A DNA stretch of 64,000 bases, from positions 20,646,001-20,710,000 of the forward strand of contig OX597843.1 of the NCBI GenBank assembly GCA_951406725.2, in the 5' to 3' direction. Origin of the DNA: Octopus vulgaris. Lineage: Eukaryota. A program made the position numbers and the translations under genes. The notes beneath the pieces were generated by a model. It did no database searches, was not told the origin of the DNA, and saw only the letters and a program-made list of their open reading frames with translations. Of the stretch, positions 1 to 12,669 are shown piece after piece. The first letter of the stretch is position 1. Every line of letters starts with the position of its first letter.

Positions 1-2808
1 ATGTCTGCCCATGTGATTTATTGATAGTCATTGCAAATGTCAAGCGAACGGGATTTGGTTTCTTAGTACCAGCCTTATTCTGTGAATGAGAATACGTCTC
101 CCGATCAATGTGCCACTTATTATTGAGGCTTCAATCGAGTTTTGATGGAGGGCCTCCACTTCCCGTCTTGTTCCTTTATAGAGACCATTTTCAGTTGAAA
201 TATTCCTGAAGAGCATTAGTATGGAGTCAGGTTTCAAATGCAATCTAGGAGGTGGCATTCCAGATGGTGTCCATGAAATCAGAAATTCCAGTGGATATCG
301 CTCAGCTTCAGCAGGTCATCTGTGAAGACCTTATCCATGCTGTAATAAAAGCACTGGTCCCCTGGGAGTTTATCCATAACCCCTTCGTTTATCTTTAAGC
401 AGTCTGAACCTTTTAGAGAGAGGATCACTCTACATGTTCTTTGTTCTTGAGAGGCATTGCCAAAAGGCATCATTTATCAACGACCCATTAAAGCATAAAT
501 CACGTAGTACGTTTACATCATCACTGACTCACTTGGATCTTGCATAAGAGTTATGGTGCCATTGTCATAGTGTAGTGGCCATGTTGCGAATTGTCTTCGA
601 TCTGTTATTGCTCTATTTTGGCTCAAAATATAAATGTCTGAAGTGTAACCAGAGAGGAGAGTTCTTAATGGAGATCTGAATTACTGCCTCACGAGTTCCT
701 CTTGGCAATATTGGCAGAACTTGCCTGAAGTCTCTACCAATGAGCACAACTTTTCAACCGAAATCTTCATTGTTGCCAGTGATTTCTTTCAGAGCTTTGT
801 CATTAGCAGGAAAAGCATACAGAGTGATCATGGAAGCCTGATCTATAATAATCAAATACAAATTTCTCAAATAATTTCTGGTCAGAGCTGGGTGGTACAT
901 TGCAAAAGCTAGTTTCCAACAGAGGAACGGGCAATTTGAGCAAACTGTGCACCGTCCTTCCACCAGACATCAATGTTGAAGCTATGCCTCTGCACGCACC
1001 ACTTGATAGTTTCTCCTTCGTAGATGTGAGATCAGCGTATTAAATATGTAATTCTTGTCCCAACCTCCAGGAACCTCTGCATAGAAGCAGGAACATTCCA
1101 GCACCTCACCTCACCTTTTATCATCAACTGTCTTCAATGACTGCATCAGCGATCACTCTCTGTTCATCGGTAACGGTTGCAATGCCGGGGTGGTTCATGT
1201 CATGTTTATACCCTACCCGTTACACTCGAACTGGTTCAGACAAGCCAATATTAAGACCGCTAATGCCAATTTCAATTTGCATAGAATTTATAGAGTGTAG
1301 AGTATGCATTCAAACCTCGCTGAGCATAATCTACCATCATGGTATTCTTGTGAGTGTTCCTCAGGCGAAGGACATTTGAATGATTTGAATAGGTGCAAAG
1401 GACAACAAACGTGATACGCGGCTGAAATGCCATCCGATATGCAGCACCTTTAGTATGGCATGTTCCAACATCACATAATTTTGGAGAAGACCAAGTCATA
1501 TGTACGCATCTTTAAATCTTGCATAGATTTCACCTCCTACAGTGCTCACTTCTCAAAGCTCTTAGTACCTGGAACATCCAAAATAGCAATCGTAAATGAA
1601 ATGTTTCTACGTCCTTAGGACTCACTGTGTTCATTCTGCTGCCGATGTTATTGTTTCTTCTCCCCAGTGTTCACGATCGATCTCTGTTCTTGAGTAGGTT
1701 ACTGAGTGTTACCTCTGTGAAAGCACAGTCTCTCCTGGTCTCCAAATTGAACTGCTAGTCTGTAAACAGTGTGAGAGGAGTCATGCAGCTTGTATTGAGA
1801 TATTCTCCACATGGCTTTAGGAGGTGAAACGTATCGACATGCAAAATAATTTTGTTGGAGTCCAACTTGTGCTGCGATCCCATTATTGCGCCTCCAGTTC
1901 TATGGATATCCATTATTATTTAGTAGTATCTCACTTCTGTAGTTCTTGGGAAACAATTTGGGGCATTAGCTATTGATACATGTGTCTCTCCTTTATATCC
2001 TTCAGACTTTCAGTGAGATGCAACTTGTACACTCTTGCAACCAAATCCGGTCAGTTTCCTCGTGTCCCATTTCGCTGCAGTTTATTTTCTATTTCATGGC
2101 ACTTAGGGTTGGATGTATATGTGACAATTAAGTCAGGTTTACCATACTCTGATGCAATTGACATTGCATCCTGATAATATTGATGCATATTCCGAGGACA
2201 GCTCCTGGCTCAACATTCTCATCAACTCCTCTCTGCAGGTAGACCATAAGTCCACTGTACTGCTCTGCGAGCAACTGGGCCTGATGGTCCCCTAGGTACT
2301 GCAATCAGCAACCCTAAATTACACCGTGAGTCGTCTGCGGGCGGATGTTCTGCGTTTCGCCACATATAGAATCCCACAGTGCCATCCGGACTTTCCATGA
2401 GGGAATAGAAGTGAATAACTCATTGGGACTAGATGGCACAATGTCTACGCGATTCACTCCGCAAGTGAATTCCATGGATAGACAAGAATGTCTCTGTTTT
2501 CACGGTGCAGCTATTTCATTGCTTGTGGAAAAATTGTAACGCCTTATATAATCCCTTCTTCTGAAGTGTAGTTCACACTTTCGCAATTGTACATTTACAC
2601 TCCTTGTACTTTCTTTATAATATATATATATAATTGTAATATATATATACGCCGTACATATGACACTGTATATAAGTGTGAATATTTCATGGAATTGCAT
2701 TTCTGATCATGCGTTAAGTGATAGGGGATTTAAAATACTAACTACCACCACACCCACCACCACCACCACTTTCTCTCTTAGCCTCCCTTTTTATCTACTG
2801 ATATATAT

Positions 2809-2873
<65 letters not shown>

Positions 2874-3202
2874 TATCTATTTTTTTTCTTTAATCTCACC
2901 ATCAGAACATCACCCCTCTACCTAAATTATATTCATAACCCTCCTCAATATCACTACCTTCAACTAACTTTTTTATCGTGTAATAAATATTACGTTCCCC
3001 CTACCACATGCCCTCTTCCTCTTTTTCTCTCCTTTTCCTTTCTCTTGGTCTCTCTTTGCATTCACCTATCACGTGAAAGCGTTACAGTTACGTTCCATCA
3101 ACCTCATATCATGGACACTTCACTTTCCCTCTTATCCTCTAATCACGTGAAAGCGTTACCGATGGACTAATTAACATAATGACAAGCAGAATTATTATAA
3201 GA
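1..3202 (-). mobile_element. Helitron family A, degenerate internally deleted copy; runs off the window start
   Basis: Minus-strand fragments match Helitron RepHel: RRYNFSTSNEIAA (~2510-2545), YYQDAMSI..GKPDLIVTYTSNP..PDLVARV (~2040-2190), and Pif1 motifs IIIDQASM (~825-855) and MPPPRLHLKP..MLFRNI..GLYKGTR (40-258). The 5' terminus A|TCTTATAATAATTCTGCTTG is at 3202. Confidence 0.88.
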
Positions 3203-3473
3203 TCGTCATCACCTTTGTTATGAACATCGCAAAAATCAACGTCGTTTTTGAGTGGAGGTAGTTTTGAATTTATCGTAAGTTTTTGAATTTATCTTGTTGA
3301 AAATATTGTTGTTTGAAGACTTGTTTTGCCTGAGAGCTGTTTGTGAACAGTAACTGGTTCTGAACCAGAAGAACATTGTTATTCCCCTCCTATAAGGAGG
3401 GGAACTGCTGTGTGTGTGTGTTGTAACACACTAAAACCCCCCCAAAAAACCATCCCTTTCATTCTCGTTAAGA

Positions 3474-4700
3474 ATGGAGAAAGAAAATATTACTGCAAAA
3501 CAAGTTAATGTAGGTTCGCCTGCAACAAAAACCAATGAAGGCTTGCCTTCGAAAAAAGTTAACGTAGGATCGCCTACAAAGGAAACAAATGAAGGTTTTC
3601 CTTCAAATGTAGGTTCGCCTACAAAGAAAACAAATGAAGGTTTGCCTTCGAAACAAGTAGGTTCGCCTACAAAGAAAACAAATGAAGGTTTGCCTCCAAA
3701 TGTAGGTTCACCTACAAAGACAACAAATGTAATGGATGCGTCCAAAGTAAGCGGTGATAGTTCACCAGCAAAAAATACGGTCAACTTTGCTGCCGCAGCG
3801 GGCAGGAACAGCGAGGAAATCATCATGGAGGAGATCGACTTCAACATGTACAAAGGAATGTTCTCAAGGGAGGGAAACAGTATTAAGGCCACCCTCCCAA
3901 AAGAACTGAAGAGTGCAACAGAGAGGAGAACGATTATATATAAATCGTTCAATATAAAAGAGAAAAAGATCGAAAAAATCACTAAGGATCAAGCTGAGAA
4001 ATGTCTGCAACCTATTTGGAAAGAAATAGACTATGTGACCTGGGGAAGGAAATTTGCTACAATCGTAGTGTACTTTAAAGAGGAAGCTCAGGCCAGGAAG
4101 AACTCAATAAGCCCGATAAAGACGGCGGAAGTGGCCCTACTACCTTCATATTTGGGGAGGAGGACAACCCGCATAAGAATAGAAGAGATTCCGCCGGAAA
4201 TTGAGGTGAAGTGCCTCATTCCAGCCCTATTGATGGGGCTGGAAAACAAAATAAACGTGGTCAATATTACCAGAATGATACAAGAAAACTGGAAAGGGCA
4301 AACTCTGCAAGTTTTAATTCAGGCGGCACCGGAAACGCTAGAAGAGGTGCCGGAGAACATAGAGTTTGACGAGGAGGTAAACTTGCGGGTGGTGGTGGAA
4401 GGGCGAAAGCCTAGATGCTACGGGTGTGGCGAAAAGGGCCACATCCGAGCGGAATGCCCCACTCGCAAGAAAGAGGAAGCAGAAAGGAAGAAATTGGAAG
4501 AAGAGAAAAAGAAGATAGTAGAAGAGGAAGAGGACGAAACATTCACAACTATAAGACGGAAGAAGAGGCGAAGGAACAGTGACACGAACCCACCCATGAC
4601 ACAGACAGGGAAGACAAGCACACAGGGGGAAGCCTTCCCCACCCAGTTGCGGATCCCCACAAAAAGGGAAAAAAGAAAAGACCGCCCCAGCCCAACGTGA
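3474..4700 (+). CDS. Tx1-like ORF1 (gag-like nucleic-acid-binding protein); C-terminal part continues via a stop and frameshift to ~5083
   Basis: 408-aa ORF with zinc knuckle CYGCGEKGHIRAEC, N-terminal VGSPTKKTNEGLPS repeats and a basic FTTIRRKKRR patch. It lies directly upstream of the APE-RT ORF. Confidence 0.85.
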   Translation: MEKENITAKQVNVGSPATKTNEGLPSKKVNVGSPTKETNEGFPSNVGSPTKKTNEGLPSKQVGSPTKKTNEGLPPNVGSPTKTTNVMDASKVSGDSSPAKNTVNFAAAAGRNSEEIIMEEIDFNMYKGMFSREGNSIKATLPKELKSATERRTIIYKSFNIKEKKIEKITKDQAEKCLQPIWKEIDYVTWGRKFATIVVYFKEEAQARKNSISPIKTAEVALLPSYLGRRTTRIRIEEIPPEIEVKCLIPALLMGLENKINVVNITRMIQENWKGQTLQVLIQAAPETLEEVPENIEFDEEVNLRVVVEGRKPRCYGCGEKGHIRAECPTRKKEEAERKKLEEEKKKIVEEEEDETFTTIRRKKRRRNSDTNPPMTQTGKTSTQGEAFPTQLRIPTKREKRKDRPSPT

Positions 4701-5105
4701 ACCACCCCCACCCCCATCCCGAGATGGCGAGAAATTTCTCCCCCTCCCATCGACCTCCCCGTGTTCCTCCCCTACATACTCCCCCCAGCCCTCCTTTGCC
4801 TCCCCATCCCCCACAACAAGCCCCCAAAAAAGAATTATAGAGGATGTTTTCATCTCAATTAACAAAAAAAAACAGTCTTATGGGTGACTTAATGAAAATA
4901 CCAAACGCAGAAAGAATGGAGACGTACCGGATATTATCAAAAAATACAGAGGTATTCAAAATAGACGTAACAAACTCAAACATTCTAAAGAGCCAATACC
5001 CAGGGGACATAGTTAGTCCGCGACACGACTTAGACGAAACACTGTTTAAGGCGGACTTCCCCACAGGTGCAACAGGAAAATAAGAAACACGGCAAAAGGT
5101 AAGCA

Positions 5106-8100
5106 ATGTCTCGTATTTGTGTAGGATGCATAAATGTGCGTGGCCTGATGACGAGCTGGAGGCAAGGGCGCCTCCTAAACGACATCAGGTCACGGGATTT
5201 AGATGTTGTTGTTGCCACAGAAACCCGGTTAAAGGGGCCAAGAGATCTGCTCCCGCTGTTCAACGGTTACGAGAGTATTATCTCTCCGAACCCGTCGTGC
5301 GGCGGAAGCGGGGTGTTGGTCCTGGTTAAAAGAACCGGGTTTCTGAGAAAAAGTTGATTTTTTCAGATCCGGAAGGTAGGCTGGTCGTCGTTGAGTTGAC
5401 GTTCAGCAGTCGTAAGACAATCAGGCTGGTTGCGGTTTACGCACCCGCCGGAAACGGGGAAAGTGATTATTTTCGGAATCTGGAAAAGTTTCTGAGTACA
5501 TCGTACCCTGTAGTAATGTTAGGTGACTTCAACACAATCTGCGATGTGCGGGTAGACTGTGAAGGCTCGCAAACAGACAGAAATAGAAAAGGAAATGCTT
5601 GCTTCCTGAGTCTACTAAGACGTTTTGAGCTGGTAGACCCATATAGACTGGAACGTCCGGACGCTCCACTGTGGACGTGGTCAACAAGCGACGGATCGTT
5701 AAGGTCATACATAGACAGGATATTAATTAGGAAGGTAGATAAGAACCTAGTTAAGAGTCCACAACTCCACATGGTCTGCTACAGTGACCACAAGATGGTC
5801 ACCTGTAGGCTAGACGTAGATAAGATAAATAGAGGTCCTGGTTACTGGAAACTTAATACGTCCCTTTTGGCGATTAAGGAGTACAGGGACAGGATTAGTT
5901 AATGATCCAGAGGGCTTTGACCGGTTCCATTGTTAACAACAAATGGTGGTATGCCCTCAAGCGAGCCATACAATACGAGTCCATTAGGTATAGTACAAAT
6001 CTCGTAGCTAGAGAGGCTAGGAAGGCGAATACACTAGTTAAGGACTTAGAGGAAGCAATGCGAACTGGCAATGCAGACCAGGTGAAGGTCAAGAGACTGG
6101 TTCTTAACCAGCACGTTGAAGCCAAGCACATGGGTTGCATTGTCAGGGCTAGACAACGCACAATGGGGAGCGAAGGAATCAAGGCTGCAGGATGGGCCCG
6201 AGTGGTGGAAGCCCAACGTGGCAATGAAGCTACAATTCGATCTCTGGCGAACCAACAGGGTAAGTTGACAGACGAGCCCGAGGAGATGTGTCAAGCTTTT
6301 CAGGACAACTTCGCCCAGCTTTTGGAGGGGAGCGGCGGACCGGATAGGGGGAGGGGCCTTACGGACCTCCTTGACGGGCTGCCGCGCCTCTCGGAGCAGG
6401 ACGCGAAGTGTAGTGAGGAGCCGATCACACCTGGGGAGGTAATGGAGGCTATGGCGGACTGCGGTGCGGGTAAGGCGCCGGGACTGGATGGTCTACCCTA
6501 CGAGCTTTATAAAAGTATGCCGGACTTGTTCGGGGACTTACTGACGGCGTCTACGCAAACTGGCAGCAGAATGGGTTCATTCCCAGATCTGTGCGCCGGG
6601 GTGTGGTGACGCTAATCAGGAAGGACCAGAGCAAGGGGGACGTAATAGATAATTTCAGGCCCATCACTCTGCTGAACGCAGAGCTGAAGATTTTGGCCAA
6701 AGTGTTATCGAACAGATTGGCGCGTGTCGCGAATGGACTGATTGGGAAAGCGCAAACGTGCACCGTACCAGGCAGAGCCATTCAGGATAATCTCCATCTT
6801 ATTAGATACACGTTAGAGGGAATAAATAATGATCCCGGCAAGGGATGGGCAGTGGTCCATTTAGACCAGTCAAAAGCTTTCGATAGGGTCGACCATCACT
6901 ACCTGGTGTCTGTTCTGGCTCAGTTCGGCCTGGGTCTTGGCTTCCTCAGGTGGATCATCGAAATGTATGACAATGTCGACTCGGTTGTTCAGGTGAACGG
7001 CTTTCTTTCTAAGCCGTTCAAAGTCAAGCGTTCGGTCCGCCAGGGATGTCCGCTCTCCCCGCTTTTGTATGTAGTGGCTCTCGAGCCGCTGCTGCGAAAA
7101 CTGAGCGGCATCCAGAGAAGAACTGGAGCGAGGTATCGAGCAAGGTGGCTGCAATAGCCAAGACTTGGTCTTGGCGGTGGCTATCCTTGAAAGGTAGGGC
7201 GGAGGTAGCCAATGTGTTTATCGCATCGGTGATCACCTACCGCCTTGCCGTCGTGCCTTGCCCGGATTCGTGGTTGAGCAAGTTGGAGAGACAGCTCTTT
7301 CGCTTCTTGTGGAAGGGCTCGAAACCGCTTGTGAGACGCTCTGTCTGTTGTCAAAAACCGTTACAGGGTGGACTAGGGATGCCGTGGCTAATGATGCGCA
7401 GAAATGCGCTGAGGCTAAGGCACCTGTGGCTCCATCTTGGTAGTGAACGGGTGTGGTCTCCGCTGTCGAAACAGATGTTCCCCAGGTTCACCAGTTTCGG
7501 TGGCCGGGAGGGCTGGTATAATCACAGATCAAAGTTGGGTACGTGGTATACGGAGTGTCGCAAGGCACTCCGACTATTCCGTCGCTCGGGCAATGCCTGC
7601 GGCAGTGGTTCTACCGCTGTGTTTTATAGAGGGTTTGTAGAGGCCGGTAACGATGATACGCTAGGGGAAACTCTAGGTTTCGACGATAATCAGCTGGCCA
7701 GTCTGTTCCAACGTACATTCGGGCCGAAGACCCTGGAGAATTTCCAGAAGTCTTTGGCCTGGCAGTGCTACCGAGGAGCCTTACCTGTTCGGGACAAGCT
7801 TGCAAGGCACGGTTGCCAAGTCAGCCCGACCTGTGCGAGGTGTGGGCGAGAACGGGAAACCGTCTCGCACGCGATCGTGCAGTGTTGGGAGGTGGCAGAG
7901 ATGTGGGTTTGTGCCGAACAACTGATGTCAGGTGAACGGAGAGTACAGCTATCAGCCGAATCTATTGTAAAAATCAGCCCACCAGATTTCTTAACGAAAG
8001 AAAGTAAGTTTTGTTTTCTCGCTGTGGTTGCAACTGCGAAACAGGCAGTATGGAAGACAAGGATGAAAGGGTTAATAACAGGCGACTTCATCTCTGGTTC

Positions 8101-8233
8101 AGGTCTGGTGGAATATTTTAAATTCCACCTGAAAAGACATATAGAACTAGAGAGGAGGAGCCTGAGCAAGAAAGTTTTTGACGAAAGGTGGAAAAATGTG
8201 GTGAGTAAAAGGTCCCTCGCAAATACGAGATAG
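5106..8233 (+). pseudogene. Tx1-like ORF2 (APE endonuclease, reverse transcriptase, C-terminal zinc finger), with stops, frameshifts and an internal deletion
   Basis: APE motifs INVRGL, ETR, VYAP, GDFN, IDRI and SDH. RT motifs KAPGLDGLP, FRPITLLN, DQSKAFDRV and RQGCPLSP. C-terminal CARC..ETVSHAIVQC. The YADD region is absent at the ~7110 junction. Confidence 0.92.
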
Positions 8234-8894
8234 GTTGAAAAAAGAAAAAACAGAAGGTTAAGTGCCGTGGCGGGGAGCGAGGGGTCCGTAGACCCGCCCC
8301 ACTTCATTTTGTAAAAAAAAAAAAAAAAAAAAATTTGTTCTTGTAATTGTCCCATCATTCGAACTCTAAATTCACCATTGACCCCAAAACGCATTTATTG
8401 TTGTAAATCATTCGTGATTGTGTTGTTTGTTCTATGTCGCCCCCTGGAGGGTAATAAAGAAATCATCGCAAAAATCAACGTCGTCATCACCAATTCATCG
8501 AAGCCTTTCTCGTCGTTCTCCATAATCTTCATCATCGTTATCCCCCGAATCCTCCTCACCGTCCTTATTACAACATTTACCGTCAACATCGCCATCCTCC
8601 TCCCCCTCATCATCATCATCAACATCATCTCGGCCATTTTCTCCTTGTTGGTGTTGTTGTTGTTGTTATTGTTGTTGTTCTTAACATAACGAAATACATT
8701 ATAATCGAACCGAGTGAAAACGAGTTTATTGAGCGAGGTGCTTTTTGAAATGTCATCTGATGAGAAACATCTGCAAAGAAAGATGCACTGTGGCCAATCG
8801 ACCATTATCTCATCCGTGAGTGGCCGATTGAAGACGGGCTGAAACGGCAGTAATGATTAACGAATCTCGTAAAATCCATTTTCCATTTCCGTCA

Positions 8895-8962
<68 letters not shown>

Positions 8963-9107
8963 AGTATACGCTTCGACGTTGGTATGGCTGTGTGATAAGA
9001 ATTTTGTTTCTGTATTCTGTCCCTCTGCATATACTCTGGTCTCCAACCGAACAAACCCGTGTATGTTAGTTAATTGGGTACAGGGTAACTTAGAAACATG
9101 TCGTATA

Positions 9108-9215
9108 TATACGAAGTGGTATCATAAAGTTCCCGGCCGAGTTATGTTTAATAAAAGTAACTTATACTACCTGAGTTATAACTTCATTTCCTTCGGAAAA
9201 GTCGACTTGCGAAAT
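9108..9215 (-). mobile_element. Mariner terminal fragment, paralogous to the 23925-24000 end
   Basis: TACGAAGTGGTATCATAAAGTTCCCGG resembles the TIR of the mariner relic at 23925-24760 and sits in the same flanking context. Confidence 0.5.
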
Positions 9216-9229
9216 AAAACACAAATATG

Positions 9230-10910
9230 AAACGTTTTCCTTTCTTTTTTTCCTTTTTTCACCTTTAACGTCACATATACGGCTCCAGTTCTAACAGATC
9301 AATTACTCGGGGCAGCACGTTGAACGCCACCAACGCTCTGGCCGGGTCAATTCAATCCCCGCACATATCTCTAAGTTTCTTATAGGTTTCCCTATCGACC
9401 ACAATGACCTTCACACTCTCTTGGTTCACGTCATTGCACAACTTTACCCTTATGAACTTTACGATTTGTTTCTCCACTTCCTTGTTCTTAGAATACGTCA
9501 CAAAATTCCATTTGTTCTTACCCCCTTTCGGTCTTCTCCTTTCTTCTTTTACTACTTTTCCTATTATAGATTCCTCTATACTCTTCCCTGAATCTGAGAC
9601 CTTCTCTTTCTCCGTCTTCAGTTTTTCCATCTCACTCTCTTGTAGTTGAGTTCCTGAATCTTCCGTCAATTCACCTCTAATCTTCATACTTACTTCCTCC
9701 TTATCTGACTCATTGTCACACACCTTCTTAATTATTTTTTCACTTTCCTTTCCCGCCTCACTTTTATCATCTTTCTTTCTCGTTATCCCTTTCTTTCCCA
9801 CCTCTTCTTTCTTCTTTTTCTGGTTAGTCGGTGGCGGACGTACTCTACCGCTCCTCCTTTTTCTTTCCACTAATGTGAATTCTTCTTCCGCTGATTTCTC
9901 ATTATTCTCTACAGTCAATGCCTGCTCGACACCCTCTTCTGTCTCTCTCTGCTCCCTCCGTGGGCATCTCGCCTTCATGTATCCCTCCTCGCAATACTCG
10001 AAACACACAAGCGGCCTGCCTTCCACCTTCACTCCCAGTGCAACACTATCTCCTTGGCCATTCCGTTCAAGTCCTCCACTTTAGCCTGGATTGCTAGCTC
10101 CAACCCACAGCCCCAGCAGCTTGTTTGCTCTGGTGGCCCTCAATATTCCAGCCTCGTCCTCCATGTTGTACACAATGGCCGTCACCAGCCATGCCTCCTC
10201 CAGCTCAGGGGGCACCTGGCCCACCCGAACCCTCGCCACACGTCCGCCGCAACAGGATGTCAGAAGAATCCATTCTTCTGAGCGGTCCACCTCCGTAGCA
10301 TGCCTCATCGCTTCCTCCTCCGATGTGAAACGCACATCCACAGTTGCATACTCCCTGCATCCTGTTCCGAAGGTTATCATCCTTTCATGCCTTCCAACAT
10401 CCTCTCGATCCCCTCCACAGTTGCTATCTCGATCCTTCCTGTAGCGACCCTCACAGTCCTGTATGTCACTGTCTTCCTCATAACGCTGTTCACTAGCTCC
10501 TCGGGTGGTGTCAATTTCATCTCGCCTTCCCCCCTCAGCAGCCTCTCGCCAGCCTTCATCCTCCTGGCTTCGACCTCTACTTTAAAAGTCTCCAATGCTT
10601 CTCTCCCCGCTTCTCCTCCAGTAGCCCCCGCTGGTGCCTTCTCCATTTTCCTCAATGGGAAAAATCAACTCAACAAAACTTTAACGATATTAACAACGGT
10701 ATCAACAACAGCAACAACCAACAATAAATTCACGTTCCACTCACAAATACAACTCAACTTCAACAACTCGACCTCAAAAACAACACCTATCGACTACAAA
10801 CTTCTCTACTCAACTCGACTCTACTTCGACGTCTAGACTTCTCCCTCTATATCTACGTATTGAGCTAGCCTACTTCATCGTCTGGGGGCGTCCACACAAC
10901 ACAAGTAAAA
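9230..10910 (-). mobile_element. ORF1-only Tx1-like retroelement (HAL1-like), degenerate
   Basis: Frameshifted ORFs 10655-10377, 10380-10081 and 10032-9352 are homologous to ORF1 at 3474 (ITFGTGCREYATVDVRF vs VTWGRKFATIVVYF; VEGRPLVCFEYCEEGYMKARCP vs VEGRKPRCYGCGEKGHIRAECP). An A-rich tail follows at ~9235-9260 and there is no ORF2. Confidence 0.75.
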
Positions 10911-12239
10911 GAGAGAATATTGCTACATACATACATACTTGCATATATACATATATACCTAATGAAGTATAAGAGAATGGTTTCAGCGACTTTCTTTATT
11001 CTATATCAATGCAATTGTGTCTACATATCACATCCGTAGTTCTTGATGAGATTATATAATTTACATCGTGTGTCATCACTACAATTCCTTAAAGGTGGAA
11101 CGTAGGACTTATTGAAATACTCACCTGAAAAGCATATTTTACACCTCTGATAGATGGTAAGGATTACGCAATTTATTAATTACATCATCTGAACCACGTA
11201 CAATGGTTGTGAAATCATGTAGTAACAATTGTAGTATTATGGAATAAAGAATATCGTTTAATTCATTCCCTCTTATTCACCTCTGTTTAAACACGAAAGC
11301 GAAAAAGGAAAGAAACACAATTTCTGCACAAAGAAAAAACAAACGAGATACAACAGATATTCAAAACGCTTTAGTAACAATTTTCCACGCGGGTTTCGAA
11401 ATCGCAAATCCGAATCGCCATACAATATCACCATACACATACCAGTTGCTGACGTCACCTAACTCCAGAACAATGAAATTTGACTTACAATCAAAATCGA
11501 ACTTCAGCAAATACAACAAAATTACCCTTTATGAGAATCAACCAACTGGAATGGCTGATGACCGTTCCCCACAGGTAAGCAAACCAGGCAGAATGAAAAT
11601 CTTGACCACCAGAAAAATAAGACATCAACAAATATCAGATCCTTCACGGAAAAAAAATCGTAAATACACCGGATTCTGTAAAACGCCTTCACAAGCAAAA
11701 GACCTGTACACGTCGGTAAGAGAATCACAGAAACTGTAAACAAAAACCCTTTTTTCACTATCTTCATTTCTCCCTTGTTTTTCTCCCTCTTAACTCAGTA
11801 TGGCCGAAACTTTGATACTCCACATTTCTTATCGATCACTACTAACACTATTGAATGTTGTGCATTTCAGCAAAATGATCCACATTTTTTATATATTATT
11901 GAAATTTATGAACATTTAAAATCATACTTCATTTCACCGAAACTTATAAACATAAAAACATGTTTTTCTAATTCATAATTTTAAATTTTTACCATTGATA
12001 AACAAAAAATATTGTTGAAACTAGTTTGGTATGTATATTTATTTATTTATTTTATTTTATTTTATCTAGTTTCAGCTCACGAGCTGTGGCCATGCTGGGG
12101 CACCGCCATTTAATATAAATATATTTATTTAAAAACAATTACATGTTTTTTTTCAAATTTAGGCGCGTTTTCAACAACAAATTTTCCTATATACTTTTCT
12201 GCGTGGAAATACAACGCCTCTTTTGTTATACTCTTTTCT

Positions 12240-12460
12240 CTTTTACCCTTTTACTTGTTTCAGTCATTTGACAGCGGCCATGCTGGTGCACCGCTTTTAA
12301 TCGAGCAACTCGACCCCGGGACTTATTCGTTTGTAAGCCCAGTACTTATTCTAACGGTTTCTTTTGCCGAACCGCTAAGTGAGGGGACGTAAAAACACCA
12401 GTATCGATTGTCAAGCAATGCTAGGGGGACAAACACAGACAAACAAACACACACACGCAA
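12240..12460 (-). mobile_element. Octopus-type SINE (3' part)
   Basis: GTTTCAGTCATTTGACAGCGGCCATGCTGG..GTAAGCCCAGTACTTATTCT..GCCGAACCGCTAAG, recognised from memory as a cephalopod SINE. A paralogue is at ~49080-49230 and a short piece at ~12065-12110. Confidence 0.7.
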
Positions 12461-12467
12461 ATATATA

Positions 12468-12498
<31 letters not shown>

Positions 12499-12669
12499 CC
12501 TTTATATATATATATATATATACATAAATATACATATATACGACGGTCTTCTTTCAGTTTCCGTCTACCAAATCCACTCACAAGGCTTTGGTCGGCCCGA
12601 AGCTATAGTAGAAGACACTTGCTCAAGGTGCCACGCAGTGGGACTGAACCCGGAACCATGTGGTTGCTA

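Larger units (their letters stand above)
3246..8463 (+). mobile_element. Tx1/L1-group non-LTR retrotransposon, near full length, inactivated
   Basis: 5'UTR, ORF1 (CCHC), ORF2 (APE-RT-zf) and a 3' end AATAAAGAAAT. Flanked by the perfect 21-bp direct repeat CATCGCAAAAATCAACGTCGT at 3225-3245 and 8464-8484. Confidence 0.93.

Noticed and set aside
3500-3730. Regularly spaced short repeats resembling a CRISPR array
   Set aside because: The units are whole coding tandem repeats without unique spacers, in a eukaryotic context with no cas genes.
3431-3982. 183-aa minus-strand ORF with FVGEPTFEGKPS repeats, and other antisense ORFs over the Tx1 element
   Set aside because: Antisense shadows of ORF1/ORF2 and the tandem repeat, with no independent support.
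8395-8805. 136-aa minus-strand ORF or minus-strand exon after tttctttgcag
   Set aside because: Mostly low-complexity sequence. The paralogue at 38.3 kb has a stop and many replacement changes in this frame.
10985-11075. Possible degenerate LRR exon after tttcag (RLSLFYINAI..LYNLHR); similar weak signal at ~37663-37745
   Set aside because: Requires frameshifts or stops and lacks good donors, so it cannot be distinguished from chance by eye.
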